From Fimicolochytrium jonesii (taxonomy: Eukaryota): a stretch of DNA of 64,000 nucleotides. Location: the NCBI RefSeq assembly GCF_025526975.1, contig NW_026515695.1, positions 310,001 through 374,000 on the forward strand. Reading direction: 5' to 3'. The notes under the pieces were generated by a model. That model searched no databases. It was not told the DNA's origin and worked only from the letters and a program-made list of their open reading frames with translations. The translations under genes and the position numbers were made by a program. Below, piece by piece: positions 25,629 to 38,426 of this stretch (its first letter is position 1; each line of letters starts with the position of its first letter).

Positions 25629-27244
25629 CTACATCCTCAAGAACAAGCCAACGCTCTCCAACACCTTCGCAACCGGCACAAACACCCCAAACGCCCACGT
25701 CAGCCCCCACACAAGCCCCACCCACGGCGCCCTCTTCCAGCCCTTCAACGCCGGCACCAGTTCCCCACCGGCCTGCACCGCAGCGTCCACCCACTGGTAC
25801 GCCACGTCCCACAGGGATGCGTCGACAGCGGTGGTCGTGCTCCACCCGGCGCCGATGGCTGGGGCGAGCGGGACGGGGTATGCTCCGCGGACGTGTTTAA
25901 GTGCCGCGGCGGCGAGTTCGGAGAGGATGTAGATGGCGAGCGGGTTTCTGCCGACGGTGCGGAGGGCGGCGTGGAGGGGCGTGTTCCATCCGCTGACGGA
26001 TTTCGAGGTCAGTGAGATCAGGGCGGTGAGGATGAGCGCCGCGCCGGTGGTGGCGAGCAAGAAGGTGGGTGTGTAGAGCTTCTTGCTGTAGGGTTGGTAG
26101 AACGTGGTCTTTTCGTCGAAGAGGAAGGGGAACTCGTCGAACGTCATCCCGCCCTTGGCTCCGAAGGCGTGACCGGCGCGCGAGATGATGTGCCCGACGA
26201 TGAGGAAGGAGCCGAGGAAGTATTGGAGGTCGCTTTTGCCGAGGGTCCTGGCGTGGACGAGGGCGCTGCCGGTGCAGACGCCGGCCCAGACGGCGGCGAG
26301 CGCGGGGAGGGTCGAGAGCGTGCCTTCGGGGTCGTAGGTGCCGTTGTTGTGCAGGTGGGAGGTGCCGCCGAGGAGAAGGCGATCGAAGTAGGATTGGGCG
26401 GTGCAGTGAGGGGGTTGCAGCTTGGATTGCGCGCCGGGCGGGCAGGGGGTCGAGCCTGCGGGGGCAGAGTTTGCCGGCAAAGGATAATTGTACGTGAGGT
26501 AGTGCCAGGCGAACAGGGGAAGGAAACCGGAGATGATCAGGTTGCCGACGGACTGGGAGAAGGCGTAGGAGAGGGCGCTGATTGTGTAGACAATCGCCAT
26601 CCGCTGCAAGACGCCGAAAATCCTGAACTGTTCCCATTGCGGGTTGCCCTCCAACACGCCGGGGGTGTACAGAAGGTGGACGGCGGCTCCTAGCGCAAAC
26701 AGCTTGATGCCGCGGAAGATGATCCAGAATGGGCTGGATTTGCTGGAAGACGGGCGGTACGACAGGGCTATCGACTACGGGCAAAATGAATGAAAAGTGT
26801 GAGATGCGTGAACCATAGCGTGCTTGGTTGGCTCGCTTCCCTCACGCCGTCTCTCCCTCTCATCCCACCACTCTCATCCCCAGCCCTACTCACCACACCC
26901 ATAGTAAACAACAAAATTGGAAACACATAATCCGCATAAGTCACGCCCATCCACTCGGCATGCCCCAAGAACTTGAATACAGCGGGACCTGTCTGGTAGT
27001 TTACCACAACCATGGCCAAAATCGCGAATCCACGGACGGCGTCAATAAAATCCATCCGGTTGTCCTCGGCGGCCTTTTGGGCAGCCACGGCGGTTTTCGC
27101 ATTCTTCTTTGCCTTCTTTGCGCTTTTGGACACGTTTTTGGCGACGTCAGAGACTGTGGAGGAGGCTACGGAAGAGGCTTTGGAGGGGGTGGAGGAGGAG
27201 CCCTTGCCGCGATTGCGGAGGGTGGTGTCTTGTTGTTGGGACAT
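25629..27244 (-). CDS. Heparan-alpha-glucosaminide N-acetyltransferase (HGSNAT/NagX)-like membrane protein
   Basis: RMDFIDAVRG..MVVVN, HAEWMGVTYADYVFP, RIFGVLQR, YDPEGTLST, SKKLYTPTF and GRNPLAIY. One intron (~26779-26895). Confidence 0.9.
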
Positions 27245-27793
27245 TATTGGGAGACTGGGGGGGAAGAGTAGGGTGAGGTGTGAGTTTCTGCGGGCGTGAT
27301 GTGTGAAATGACTTTATGCAGACGCACAACACATACTTGCGAGGGAGGATCCCGAAGCTCTATCCAGCGGACGAGCAGAAGAAAGATCCTACGGGAGATG
27401 GGAAAGATCCCAAGTGCTGTTGGGTTCGCACTAAACGCAACCCTGGGGTCCCTGATATGGAATGCCAGCGGCCCAGAACGACCGCAATTGGGCGCTAACC
27501 CCAACCCGAACGCGCGTAACCCTAACCGCCCCCGAGGAAAGACGGGCGGACAAGAAAAAAGACGAGAAAGACCTCCCCCCTCCATCGTCGCAAGATCGCG
27601 TCCAGCGTTCCGCTGCGTCTGCTGCTACTATACCCCCCACCAACCGGCAAACCAGACACTCCAGCTGTCGTTATTCTTATTACCGTCTTTCGCTCAACGC
27701 CACCACAGTGTAAAGTCATCGGTCGGATTGAGGCAGCACAGGTGAGAGCGCTTCCCTCGCTCACCCTTGGGAACGCGTCTCAATTCCAGAACG

Positions 27794-30700
27794 ATGCTAG
27801 CCTTGCACCCATCTCCGGTGCCCGACCGAATGCGCAGAGGCTACGGTGTCGGCACAGCGGTGCCGTCCTCATCCTCGGCTCCTGGGACAATTAGCGATCC
27901 TCGACGCCGTGAGCGCGCCGCTGCCGACCCATACCAGCGTGTCCGAACGCCGACCGGCGCAATGTTGGCCAGCGCCAAATCGTCCGCCTTGCCCTCGGAC
28001 GGCAACCACGATTTTACCTTCATGTCACCGCAAAAGCCGTCCAAGCGATTCTCGAATAACATTGAAGATTATGAGATGGGTGAAATGTTGGGGAGAGGCG
28101 GATTCGGTTTTGTGCATAGGGCTGTGTGCAAGAGTCCGGCTATGGATGGCCGAGAGGTTGCCATCAAAATGGTATGCGCATTGACAGATTCACTGATGCC
28201 GAGAGGGAGAGTGATAGGTTTCTGATTGACTTTTTCTAAACTCCAAATCTTTTCTATCTCAAGATCGACAAGCGGCTGATGAAGGCAGCCAACATGACCC
28301 GTCGCGTAGGAAATGAAGTCGAAATCCATTGGCAGCTCCACCACCCGTCCATCCTCGAGCTGTACAACTACTTCGAAGACAAATCCTACGTGTACCTCGT
28401 TATGGAGATCTGTCAAAACGGAGAACTATACCAATACATCCACCACCGGAAATTTCCCTTAACCGAACCAGAGGCGAGAGGCGTGGTTGCGCAAATCGTG
28501 CGCGGATTGCTGTACTTGCATGCGAATGGGATTATCCACCGGGATCTGAAGTTGTCAAACTTGCTGCTGACGGAGAACTATGATGTGAAGATCGGCGATT
28601 TTGGGTTGGCGGTCAAGCTGAATGACCCTAGTGGGGAGCAGAAAACGATGTGTGGCACGCCAAACTATATTTCTCCGTAAGTTCACTGGTGGCTGAGCTT
28701 GGGAGACGCTCCCTCGCGAACGGCTTTTCAGCAGACTAATGCTTCCTCCCGTCCTGCCAGCGAGATCATATCGCGGCTACCGTACGGACTTGCTTCCGAT
28801 GTGTGGTCACTGGGATGTATGGTCGTCACTTTATTGACGGGGACGCCGCCCTTTGAAGTAGGTTCGCGAATCACCAAAATAATTATGAGCTCCTCGCCGA
28901 TATATATTGAGTTATCACTCCTAGAGCCAGGCGGTAAAAAATACCCTCGATAAGGTGTCCCGGGTGGAGTACACACTGCCGGATCACATCTCCCCAGAGG
29001 CTCAGGATCTTGTGCACAGGTTGCTCCAAAAGGTATGGCTATTTGATTACCCAAACTACGGTGCCTCTCGCTTACAATACTCTCCCCAAAGGACCCCAAG
29101 AAGCGCCTAGCTCTTACAAAAGTCCTCAGCCACCCTTTCTTCGAACCCACCATGCCCGTATCCTCCTTACGGCCCCTCAACGCGGTATTCGACAAACCCC
29201 ACCCCCGACCCAGGCCCGCGAGCACGCATCAGGCAGCCACCACCAACGACACCAGCCGACATCGTGCAGTCGCGAGGAGCAATAGTGAGCGATCTGCGAC
29301 ACGGGTTGTGGAAGTGGAGAGCCGGTCACGGGAGGCGTCGAGACATGGAACTTTTGAGAGACGGGCATCACCGATGAGGGAAGCCACTCGCGATGTAGAT
29401 CGCGGGGCTAGGAGACATGAGGGGCGGTCGCAGAGCCGACCGGAGTCGGTGCATGCGTACGATAAGGAGAACCGAGAGCAGATGGATCCCCGCAAACCTG
29501 CGGACGCATACTGTGGTTCACGAGGACAGTCTCCACAGGCCAAGCGGCGGGACGCGAGTAGCAGCTCACCTGGGTATGCGAGCGCAGGTCGCAACGCATC
29601 TAGCAACCCTCAGCAGACCACCAGTAGGTCCACCACCGCGGCATCTTCCTCAACACAACCCGCATCCCCATTGGTAGTCCTACCCGAATTCTCGACGCAG
29701 AGGCTGAAACCGCTCAAACAAAAGACGAAACATGGCACGGTCTCAATCCTTGCGTCTGGTGATCTGCTGCTGGACTTTTTGGGCGAGGAGTTTCTTATGC
29801 TTATTAGTGGGGATAGTCGGACGGTATGTTGCTTCTTTTGCTTGATGAGGATCATTACGGAAGACTAAATGGGAGGCATTTTTTTTTTTCAGATTGAGCT
29901 GTTTGATCGATCGACCAGCCCCACCGACCCCCAGAGTCGGCCGATTCGCAGGTATACCCGGACATCGTTGCCTAGCGCGTATGTCAAGAAATATCGGTAC
30001 GCGAGCCGGTTCGTTGATTTGGTTCGGAGTAAAACGCCAAAGGTACGGCCGTAGAATAGTGTAATAAAAGGTAGATGGAATATAGACATTCCCTCCTACC
30101 CCACAGATCGTCTTCTACTCCCCCCAAGCCAAATGCATCCTCATGGAAAACGCCCCACTCGCCGATTTCGACATCCTCTTCTACAACGGCACCCGCGCGC
30201 ACTACTCCGTCTCCAGCGGGCTCGTGGAGATTAAAATCCCGGTCATCAAACCCGCCCCTGGACAAACTAAAGTCGACGACAAGGATATGGAGAAACACGC
30301 GATACCCTTAGAGGGTCGGGTGGATATACCGCCACATCTGGCATTGGTGGTCAAACATGTGCAGGAGTGTTTGAGACGGTGTATGGAGGTTGAGAGGAGT
30401 GGGAAGTTGGAGGGCGGGAACGAGTGGCCGGTTATTGTTAAGAGCTCGCATTGTCGGGTTGCTGGTGGTGGGACTGGTGGGAGGGCGGGAGGGGAAAGGG
30501 AGGGCCATGCGAGCCCGTTGCCGACGGAACGGAATTCGTTCCACCCGAGTTCGATGTCGGGGTATACCAGGAATACGAGGGGTGGGGGTGGGACGGAGGG
30601 GGGGCATGATGGCGGTACACGGGGGAATGACCAACCACCTGCATCGTCAGCAGAACCCCGCCGCACCCGCCCAACATCCTCTTCAGCATCCCATGCTACC

Positions 30701-31377
30701 TCCCTCCCACATCTCCGCACCACCGCCAGCGACCCACACCTGTACAACCACCATCGATCCGTCGCAACCTCATCATCGGCGTCCAGGGCAAACACGCATA
30801 CGATACATACCACGACCAGCAGCAGCGGGAGCAGTGCACGCGTGCCGGGTCGGGATGGGGTTCGATCCGTCGCGTCCTCTTCATGGGATCCTCAACATCA
30901 TCGGGATGACGAGCGACAGCAACAAAAGTCATCCACCATAACAACATCCGCAGAACCCCGACACGCGAACACGGACAGCGCAATAACACAAACACAGACA
31001 CCAACCCACCTCCCCGACATCGGCTGGTGCCTCAAAACACCCACCGGCGCGTTCCTGATGCTCTTCAACGATGGGGTGGGGGTTACGGTCAATCCGGGGG
31101 ATCAGACGTTGGAGTGGATGCCTGCTAAAAATGCCGAGGGAGATGGCGAGGGGGGTGGAGTTGAGAGGTATGTTTCTTTTCATTTCGGATGCTGATCTCA
31201 TATGTACATGGAGGGGAGCATCAATACAAGCCATTTCTGACTCCTATGGTGTTACGCCTATTGTGTAGATTTGCGATAGATAAGCGACTCCCGGCATATG
31301 CGAAACGACGGTTGGCGCATTTTCCGCGGTTTCTAGAGCTGGCTGCTGCTGCCTCGGGTGCTTCGGGGGCGCGGTGA
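27794..31377 (+). CDS. PLK4: Polo-like kinase 4 (SAK), centriole duplication kinase
   Basis: Kinase domain ([35 protein letters not shown]), cryptic polo boxes ([51 protein letters not shown]) and a C-terminal PB3 (DIGWC..LFNDG). Confidence 0.93.
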
Positions 31378-31606
31378 ATAGATGTTTGGATGCGTAGCAC
31401 ATACTTGTTTTGGAAGAAGTTGTGAGCGGACACGTTGGCGCATGCGTGGGGATGTGAAGTGATACACGCGCGCCGGATATTGACGCGGAGACATAGATAG
31501 CCGCTTCTTTGGGAACCGTATGTGTGTAGCAGTGGAAGGACGGCCCGATGGGATGGCCATAAATGCATTACCTAGAAGGTTGGACCCTTGTTTTCTGTTA
31601 CTCCAG

Positions 31607-33701
31607 TTATGCGGCGATGGGCACAAGGTTTTTGTAGAATGGCGCGTTCATGCGAAGCAGGAGGCGGAAGTCGGGCTGTTGTTCGAGTTGTCATGGGGTT
31701 CGGAGGATGTGTAGTCAGCGGTCGTGTGCGGTGACACATCACGCCCCCAATGAAGACTGCCCAAAAACCTACCTCAACCTCCCGCCCACAAACCTCCCTC
31801 AACGCCACACAAATCTCCCTCAACAGCCGCCTCAACTCCCCCTTCTCCCCCTCCCCCGCCTGCCCCTCTGTCTTCTCCACGCCCAACCCCCTCCAACACC
31901 CCGCAACACCCTTCATAACCACACCTCTATACTGCGCGACCCGCGGCCACGCTTCACGGATGAGAGTGAGCACGGCGCGCGCAGCGAGGAGTTGGGTGGG
32001 GGTGTCGTGGGTGTGGAGGTGGAGGAGGGTGGTTGTTGTTCCTAGGAGGGACTATGGGGAGGGTTCAGTGAGTCGGTGGGAGGGAGGGGAGGAGGAGCAA
32101 GGCAGCAAGGCAGATGAGGAGGACGGGGAGTACCTGGAGGTGACGGACGGTGATGATGCCGAGCCGGGAGACTAGGTCCGGGATGATTTGGAGGATCGTC
32201 TGTGCGTTACCAAAAAGCAGTCAGCTTCCTCCAGTCCTTCTCATCCCAGCTCGGAGCAACCGGTCTAATAGGGAATATACGTACCCTCAGAACCTCCACT
32301 TTCCCACCCGCGGCAAAGCTCAGCCCCCTCAATACCCCCTCCTGCATCACCCGTTCCAGTCTCACGCAGTACGCCTCCGAGCCCACGATCTCGATCACCG
32401 GCACGAGGTCGACGATGCATGGGAGGGCGGAGCGGAGGAGGGGCGGGTCGGAGTGGTAGGTTAGGCAGGGGAGGAGGAACTGTGTGAATCGAAAAGTGCT
32501 GGTGGTGAGAGGGGTACGGTGAGTGTGAATGGTGGAGATGATCGTAGCACGTACGTTGAAAAAGACATCGCCGAGCCCTGTGCGGCGGATATCCATTGGC
32601 GCTGAGTTCTTTACGATGGCGTGGTGGGTGAGTTGTGCGCCGATGGTTTTGTAGGCTGGGTCGTGGTCGTCGAGAAGGGTGAGGAGGGCGGGGAAGAGGA
32701 GGTGTTGGATTGGTGCTATTTGGCCGTGCTATGAAAGAAAAAAGGCCAATTCAAAACTCGATTAGACTCCTGCACATCCGCAAAGCAGCGGCTGATGACC
32801 CCTTACCTCCAAATGCAACACAACCCAGCCCAAAACCTGCACACAATCCACCCTTTCCGTCTTCCACAGCTGCACATCGCCCGGCTGCTCGTCGCTCCAT
32901 ACATTCTCGATCTCCTGCTGTTTCGTGACTACCGCGCGATTGCCCGTGTCGTGTACGCGTTGGTGGGTGAAGAACGGTTTGATGTGTGTTGTGAGGATGT
33001 CGGCGGCGTGGGCGGAGATGAGGGTGGAGAGGCGACGGGGGTGGTGGGAAAGAAGGGTTGTGAGGAGGTCTAGACGGGAGGAGTGGCAGTCAGAAGCTGG
33101 GAGAGGGATTGTTCGACCTTGACAATACTGCCGCCTACCTTGTGCTTTGTCCCGGATATGTGCACAACACCATATCCCCTCCTCGTCGCCTAAGAAAGAT
33201 GCGCAGGCCACCAGGACGGGACAGATAACACTCTCTAGCGCTTCCTGCTCGTACAAAGATATAGCCAGAAACTCAGATAACATGCCCCAAATATGTTCCC
33301 TCCGTTTGGACCTGTTTTCTCTCCATTACCTTGTCGGGAGGCGACCCTATCGCAACCTTCACAAATCCAAAACTGAGCTCCGCCTGCTGCTTGAACCATG
33401 TACGGGCAGCAATACTTTTCTCATCTATTGCCATATCCAAACGAACAACCGTCAGCCGTCCTGGTCGTCCGTTCTCTCCATTCGACTCCTCCCGCTTCCA
33501 CCCACCATTCCGCAACGGCCGCACGAACGCCGTCGGCACTGTTAGCGCTGCTACACACGCCTCGACGGTCTGCACCCAGGTCTCCCTATCCACTACGCCC
33601 GAGCTGACGGCCTCCTCTGCCGCCCTGAATGCTGAGTTTAGGGATGGGACGTTGGCTTTGGAGTGGAGGAGCTGTGCGAGGTTGTGTGCTGCCGTCGACA
33701 T
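31607..33701 (-). CDS. TTI2: TTT complex subunit Tti2 (HEAT/ARM repeats)
   Basis: HIKPFF, LWK..VLGWVV, LFPALLTLLDDHD..K, IRRTGLGDVF, LLPCLTY and LIREAWPRV. Multi-exon. Confidence 0.8.
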
Positions 33702-33895
33702 GGTCGCTGAAACGGGGAAAGCGGTGAGATAGGGCAGAGAATATGCATACACTTGCCGCTCTCTGTGTTACGTTCTCCCACATCTGCCTATCTGTGCGCC
33801 CGTATATTCGAGTGCGTTGCGGGATATGCCGTCGTCGTCGGCCTTCCGTGCAAGTTCCCCTGTGCCTTCGTCTTCCTCCTCCCAACGCGTGTGTC

Positions 33896-35900
33896 ATGGA
33901 GGTGTGCTTTTCCCCCCTTCCCCCTTCCCTGCCCAGAAGCACTCATATACGGTACTATAGCACGACAGGCAGGCAGCAAATACTCACGGCTACGGTATCC
34001 TCTCCGTCTGTCTACATCCACGACACACCGACCCCTTCATCTTCCAAAGTCTCTCCCCCCGCGTGTCGTCGCTATCCATGCAGGAAGATGGGTCCCGACG
34101 ATGGGTGATCTTGGGTTTGGGGTGTATGCTGCTTGTTGGGGTGAGTCTTATGAAGGATATCGGGAGCGCAACTGGGGTGTGGGAGAAGGGAGAATGGATG
34201 CTTGAGCGATGAACCTGACTACTGATCCTTTTCTGCTCGTTATGTCGTTTTCTTTGGGTATAGACGAACTATGCGGTAGGTGTTCTGTGTTCCAGTATTG
34301 GAAGGCCTAAAACAATACGCTTTCCCTAAAAGTATCCCTTCTCCCCACCCAGTACGACGCCCCAGCCTCCCTCGCCCTACTCCTCGCCACCTACCTCCAC
34401 GAAACCCCCGCAGAGCACCAGTATACCCTCTCCACCCTCTACGCGCTCTACTCGCTTCCAAACACAATCCTTCCCTTCTACGGCGGCCGACTTGTGGATT
34501 CGATGGGGACAAAACGCATGATGCTGTGGTGTGCGGGGTTGGTGGTTGTGGGGCAGGGCGTGTTTGCTGTGGGCGTGCAGAGGAGGGTGAAGATGGGGAT
34601 GTGGATGGGACGATTGTTGTTCGGAGTAGGGGCAGAGACATTGGGTGTTGTGGTGAGTTGCGCACAGCAATACCGAGCGTCAGCGAGAACAAGCAGTGTG
34701 TGCGAACCGAGCAAGATGTGGGCAAGGCCAGTTCTTAAATCAAACCAGTTTCCCTCTCTCTCCCCTCACGACCACCCCCCAGCAAACCCGCTTAACAACA
34801 AAATACTTCCTCCACAAAGAACTAGCCCTTTCCCTCGGCCTCGAACTCTCCATTGCGCGTCTCGGCTCCGTCCTCAACGACCTCATCACCCCCCACCTTG
34901 GCGCACGCCTCTCGGTGCCCATCGCTGTCTGGGCAGGCTTTCTGTCCTGCGTCCTCTCGTTTGTCTGCGCTATCTTACTCGCGCGGTTGGATGATTTGCC
35001 GGAAAGTAGGGATGGCGAGGCGAGTGGTGGGAGCATGAGAGAGGCGGTCAAGAGTTATCCGAGAGCGTTTTGGACGATATGTGCGGTGATGTGTGTGTTG
35101 TATGCGACCATGGTGCCGTTCAATACGGTCCATGCGGGGTTTCTGCAGACGAGGTGGTATCCTGGGGATCCTGAGAAAGGTACTACGTAAATCCACCTTA
35201 TCGCTTTTCTCATGATTCCCAACGCCTGAAACTTTTATACCCCCGCACCTCAGCCGCCCAACTCTCATCCATCCCCGACACCCTCTCCGCCCTCCTCGTC
35301 CCTCTCGTCGGGCACCTCACCGACACCCACGGCCACCGCACCACCTCCCTCCTCGCTTGCGCCGCCCTGATCCTCGCCGTGCACACCTTCCTCGGCCTCG
35401 CACCGTTCGAATGGACGCCAATACCTGCGCTGGCCATGCTGGGGCCGGCGTATGCGCTGTTGTTGAGTGTGTGGCCTTGTGTGGCGATTGTGGTGGGGGG
35501 GAGAGGGGGTGGGTTGGCTTTGTAAGTTTGTGTTATATCACAGTCTGATGTGTGTGTGTTTCGCGGCATGCAAAACTAACGGGGCTCATGTTTTCTGGAT
35601 TCTAACAGCGGAATAACAACATCGCTCCTCAACATCTCCCTAACCCTCTTCCCGCTCATCGTCGCGCGTCTCATCGTGCTCGACGGGACATACACGCTCG
35701 CCGAGCTCTTTTTCGCAAGCTGTGCGGCCGCTGGGGTGGTGTTGACCTGTGTGCTTATGACGGATCGGGAGTGGGGGGCGGCTTTGCAGAGGAGGGGGGC
35801 TGTGGACGGTGCGGATGCGAATGGGAATGGGGAAGGGGACGTGGGGCTGAGGACGAGGGGGATGAGAGGGGAGTATATGGGGCTGGAGGATATGGAGTGA
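33896..35900 (+). CDS. MFS transporter, MFSD1-like
   Basis: NYA|YDAPASL, LYALYSLPNTILPFYGGRLVD, GRLLFGVGAE and KYFLHKELALSLGLELSIARLGSVLN. The start is uncertain. Confidence 0.87.
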
Positions 35901-36771
35901 GGCGAGGGGGATGAGGAGGTTGATATCCATGCATAGTCGGAAGTCTGAGTGAATTTTCGAGTAAAGCTGCCTAACGCTGGGAAAATGCTTGGACTGTGAC
36001 GGCTCAGTTGCCTTTGTTCCAAACGACAACTGGATTTTCCAACGTTTCCAACCGGACGCCCTTCTTCTCCTTCATGTAATTGCGTAGTATATGTGGTCTG
36101 AACTCCGAGTCTGAACTCCGACTCGGGCAAGAGGGGACGTGTACGGCTGTATTACGGCTTTTTGGCCGGAAATCATTTATCATACCCTATCTATCTAGTA
36201 TGCTAAACAATCGCTGCCGGTGATACGCTCAGGTTCATGGCTTTGACCTTTCCTCCTCCCATCCCGCATACGCCACGCCCTCTAGACCGTGAGAGTAGGC
36301 GTGTGCCTTGTTTGCGCCCCCTTCCGCCAGACCGACCCCCGTCCCGACCCATGTTTCCCGACCCATCTCTGCCTGATACTCCAACATCAGCTTCTTGAGC
36401 TGATATCGCAAGCGCCACCCGGTAGAGACCAGTCCTCCTCCCGTCGCCCATCTACAACTAGCCGTAATGTCCTCGAGGTGTGGTTATATCCGGGTTTCCG
36501 ATGTGGATGTCGTGCTTCTCCGCCGCCGTCGCGCCGATGCGTGTCTCTGCCGCCTTCTGCAGATCGGCTGGTGAAGGGTATGTTGTGCAACCGGTCGCTG
36601 GTGCAGGTCGGGCCAGCGGTATGCATGATTCGTCTATTTGCCGACTGTACTGCCCTTGTCGTTGCTGCTCTTTGCGTCCGGCAGGAGCATCGCTTGCGAG
36701 CGTCCACCGGATCTCTCCGTTGTATCTTCACCCACTCTCGTCCGCCCATTCCCTCAATCAAATCTCCTCTC

Positions 36772-36990
36772 TCACTCCCCCCTCGTCTCCATCCCTCTCC
36801 TCCCCTCCACAATCCTCCCCCATTTCCTCCTAACCAGAGCCACCAATCGCTCATCCTCCCTGCCCTTCAACGCATCCCTTTCGTGCAGAATGTACGCCGC
36901 GATGCCGATGGCTGTGAAGAGGAAGGGGTCGATGCGAGGGGAGAGGAGGGATGTGTAGCGGATTAGATGGGGTGGGGTTGGGCCGGACAT
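36772..36990 (-). CDS. NCE101: Nce101-like small membrane protein
   Basis: 72 aa: LLSPRIDPFLFTAIGIAAYILHER..ERLVALVRRKW, matching the Nce101 pattern DP-TM-(Y/H)E..L..L..RW. Confidence 0.65.
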   Translation of the reverse strand: MSGPTPPHLIRYTSLLSPRIDPFLFTAIGIAAYILHERDALKGREDERLVALVRRKWGRIVEGRRGMETRGE

Positions 36991-37428
36991 GGTGCTGGGG
37001 GGGATTCTATTGGTAAATGCGTGAGGAAACGGTGGTGGACGACGCTTTGGAGCCGCTTTGTGGTAGGATGCCGTTTGGATGAAGCGTTGGGTTGGTCTGT
37101 TGGTTACTAGCTGATTGCGGAGTGGGTTATGCACAGTAGATTGCCGGGGCCAAAGTGTGCCTTTGGGGGTGAGTTGCTTTCCACCGTTTTCATCCTTCGC
37201 ACGGGTTTCGCAGGTTTCTCTTCTCATTAACGTCTCCAGGAGCGGGACATTACAGACTAATAGTTGCAACAGTACACATAGCAGGACACACCCCATATCT
37301 CACCGCACCACTCCCGACCAGGTAAGGAAGTACCCAGCACGCCCATACCCCTGCCGTCCTCCTATTCCTCCTACGTATATTGACCAAGAACCACCTCCTC
37401 ATTCACAGCCCCTCACCAAAAAAAAAAA

Positions 37429-38107
37429 ATGAAACCCCTATCCCGCACCCGCCCAACCCGCGGCGGCTCCACACCCTCCACCAAACGCAGCCTACCTGGC
37501 AAACCCAGCAAAGCGATCCAAAAGACCCGGGAAGCAACAAAGCCCGGGCGAGGGGGAAAGAGGGGTCAACAACAGACACGCAGCGCGAGAGTCGTGAAGG
37601 AAGCAGCAGCGGAGGTGGAGGTGGGGGATAACAGTGGGGCGGAGGAGGAGGAGGAGGAGGGTGTGAGCGTGGGGGACGAAGAGAGTGAGGACAAAGTAAA
37701 GGCAGCAGGGCGGGTGAAGAAAGTGTACCCGCCGAGCGGGAAGAAAGGGAAGAAGTTTCCTGACCATGTACGTTACTGTATCTCCCCACCACCCACTCCT
37801 CTCACCCCGCTAATCTGGGGTTTTTTCCTTATCCATGTAGACGCAGCTCCTCTCCCTAATCTCCACCCTAAACGCCACCGAAGAATCCCGCATCTCCACA
37901 AAACTCCTCCGCACGCACAAACACGCCGCGCAGGACGTCGAACGCGTCGCCAAGAAGCGCGAGCGGCAGAACACCAAACGGAAGGAACTGGAGGATGTCA
38001 AGAAGGCTTTGAGGGAGGAGGCCGCGCAGAAGAAGAAGAGGAGGAAGAAAAAGGTGGAGGAGGAGGTGGTGGAGACGGGGAGGAAGAGGGTTTCTTTTGC
38101 TTTATAA
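37429..38107 (+). CDS. LOC1: Loc1-like 60S ribosome assembly protein
   Basis: KKGKKFPDH|TQLLSLISTLNATEESRISTKL..KRKELEDVKKALR..RKRVSFAL. One intron (~37768-37840). Confidence 0.75.
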
Positions 38108-38426
38108 TGGGGATGGAACCGATCTCCGTGCCGCATTCCATTGCAGCATGCATACCACATCACCCGATTCGGAAAGATGTACATACACGCTATTTATTCA
38201 CTTCATTCACAATCACACAAGTGCTTCATATTCATCTCCTCAACCAACCCGTTCAATGTCCCGCATGTACGCACAAAGGAGGATATGTATTCCCGATATA
38301 CACGGGCTGGAAAAGTCTAACATGTACAAAACGGATATTGGCATGTTTCATCTACTATGTCGAAGATGAACGCTCGGGTGATACCCTTCTGTTACATTTT
38401 CTGGAAGTGGGTTTCCGGAAGTGGTT

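Noticed and set aside
25897..26784. Long alternative-frame and antisense ORFs overlapping real genes (also 56776..57357, 47008..47610, 30202..30813)
   Set aside because: Shadow ORFs caused by C/G-skewed codon use. They are low complexity and show no motifs.
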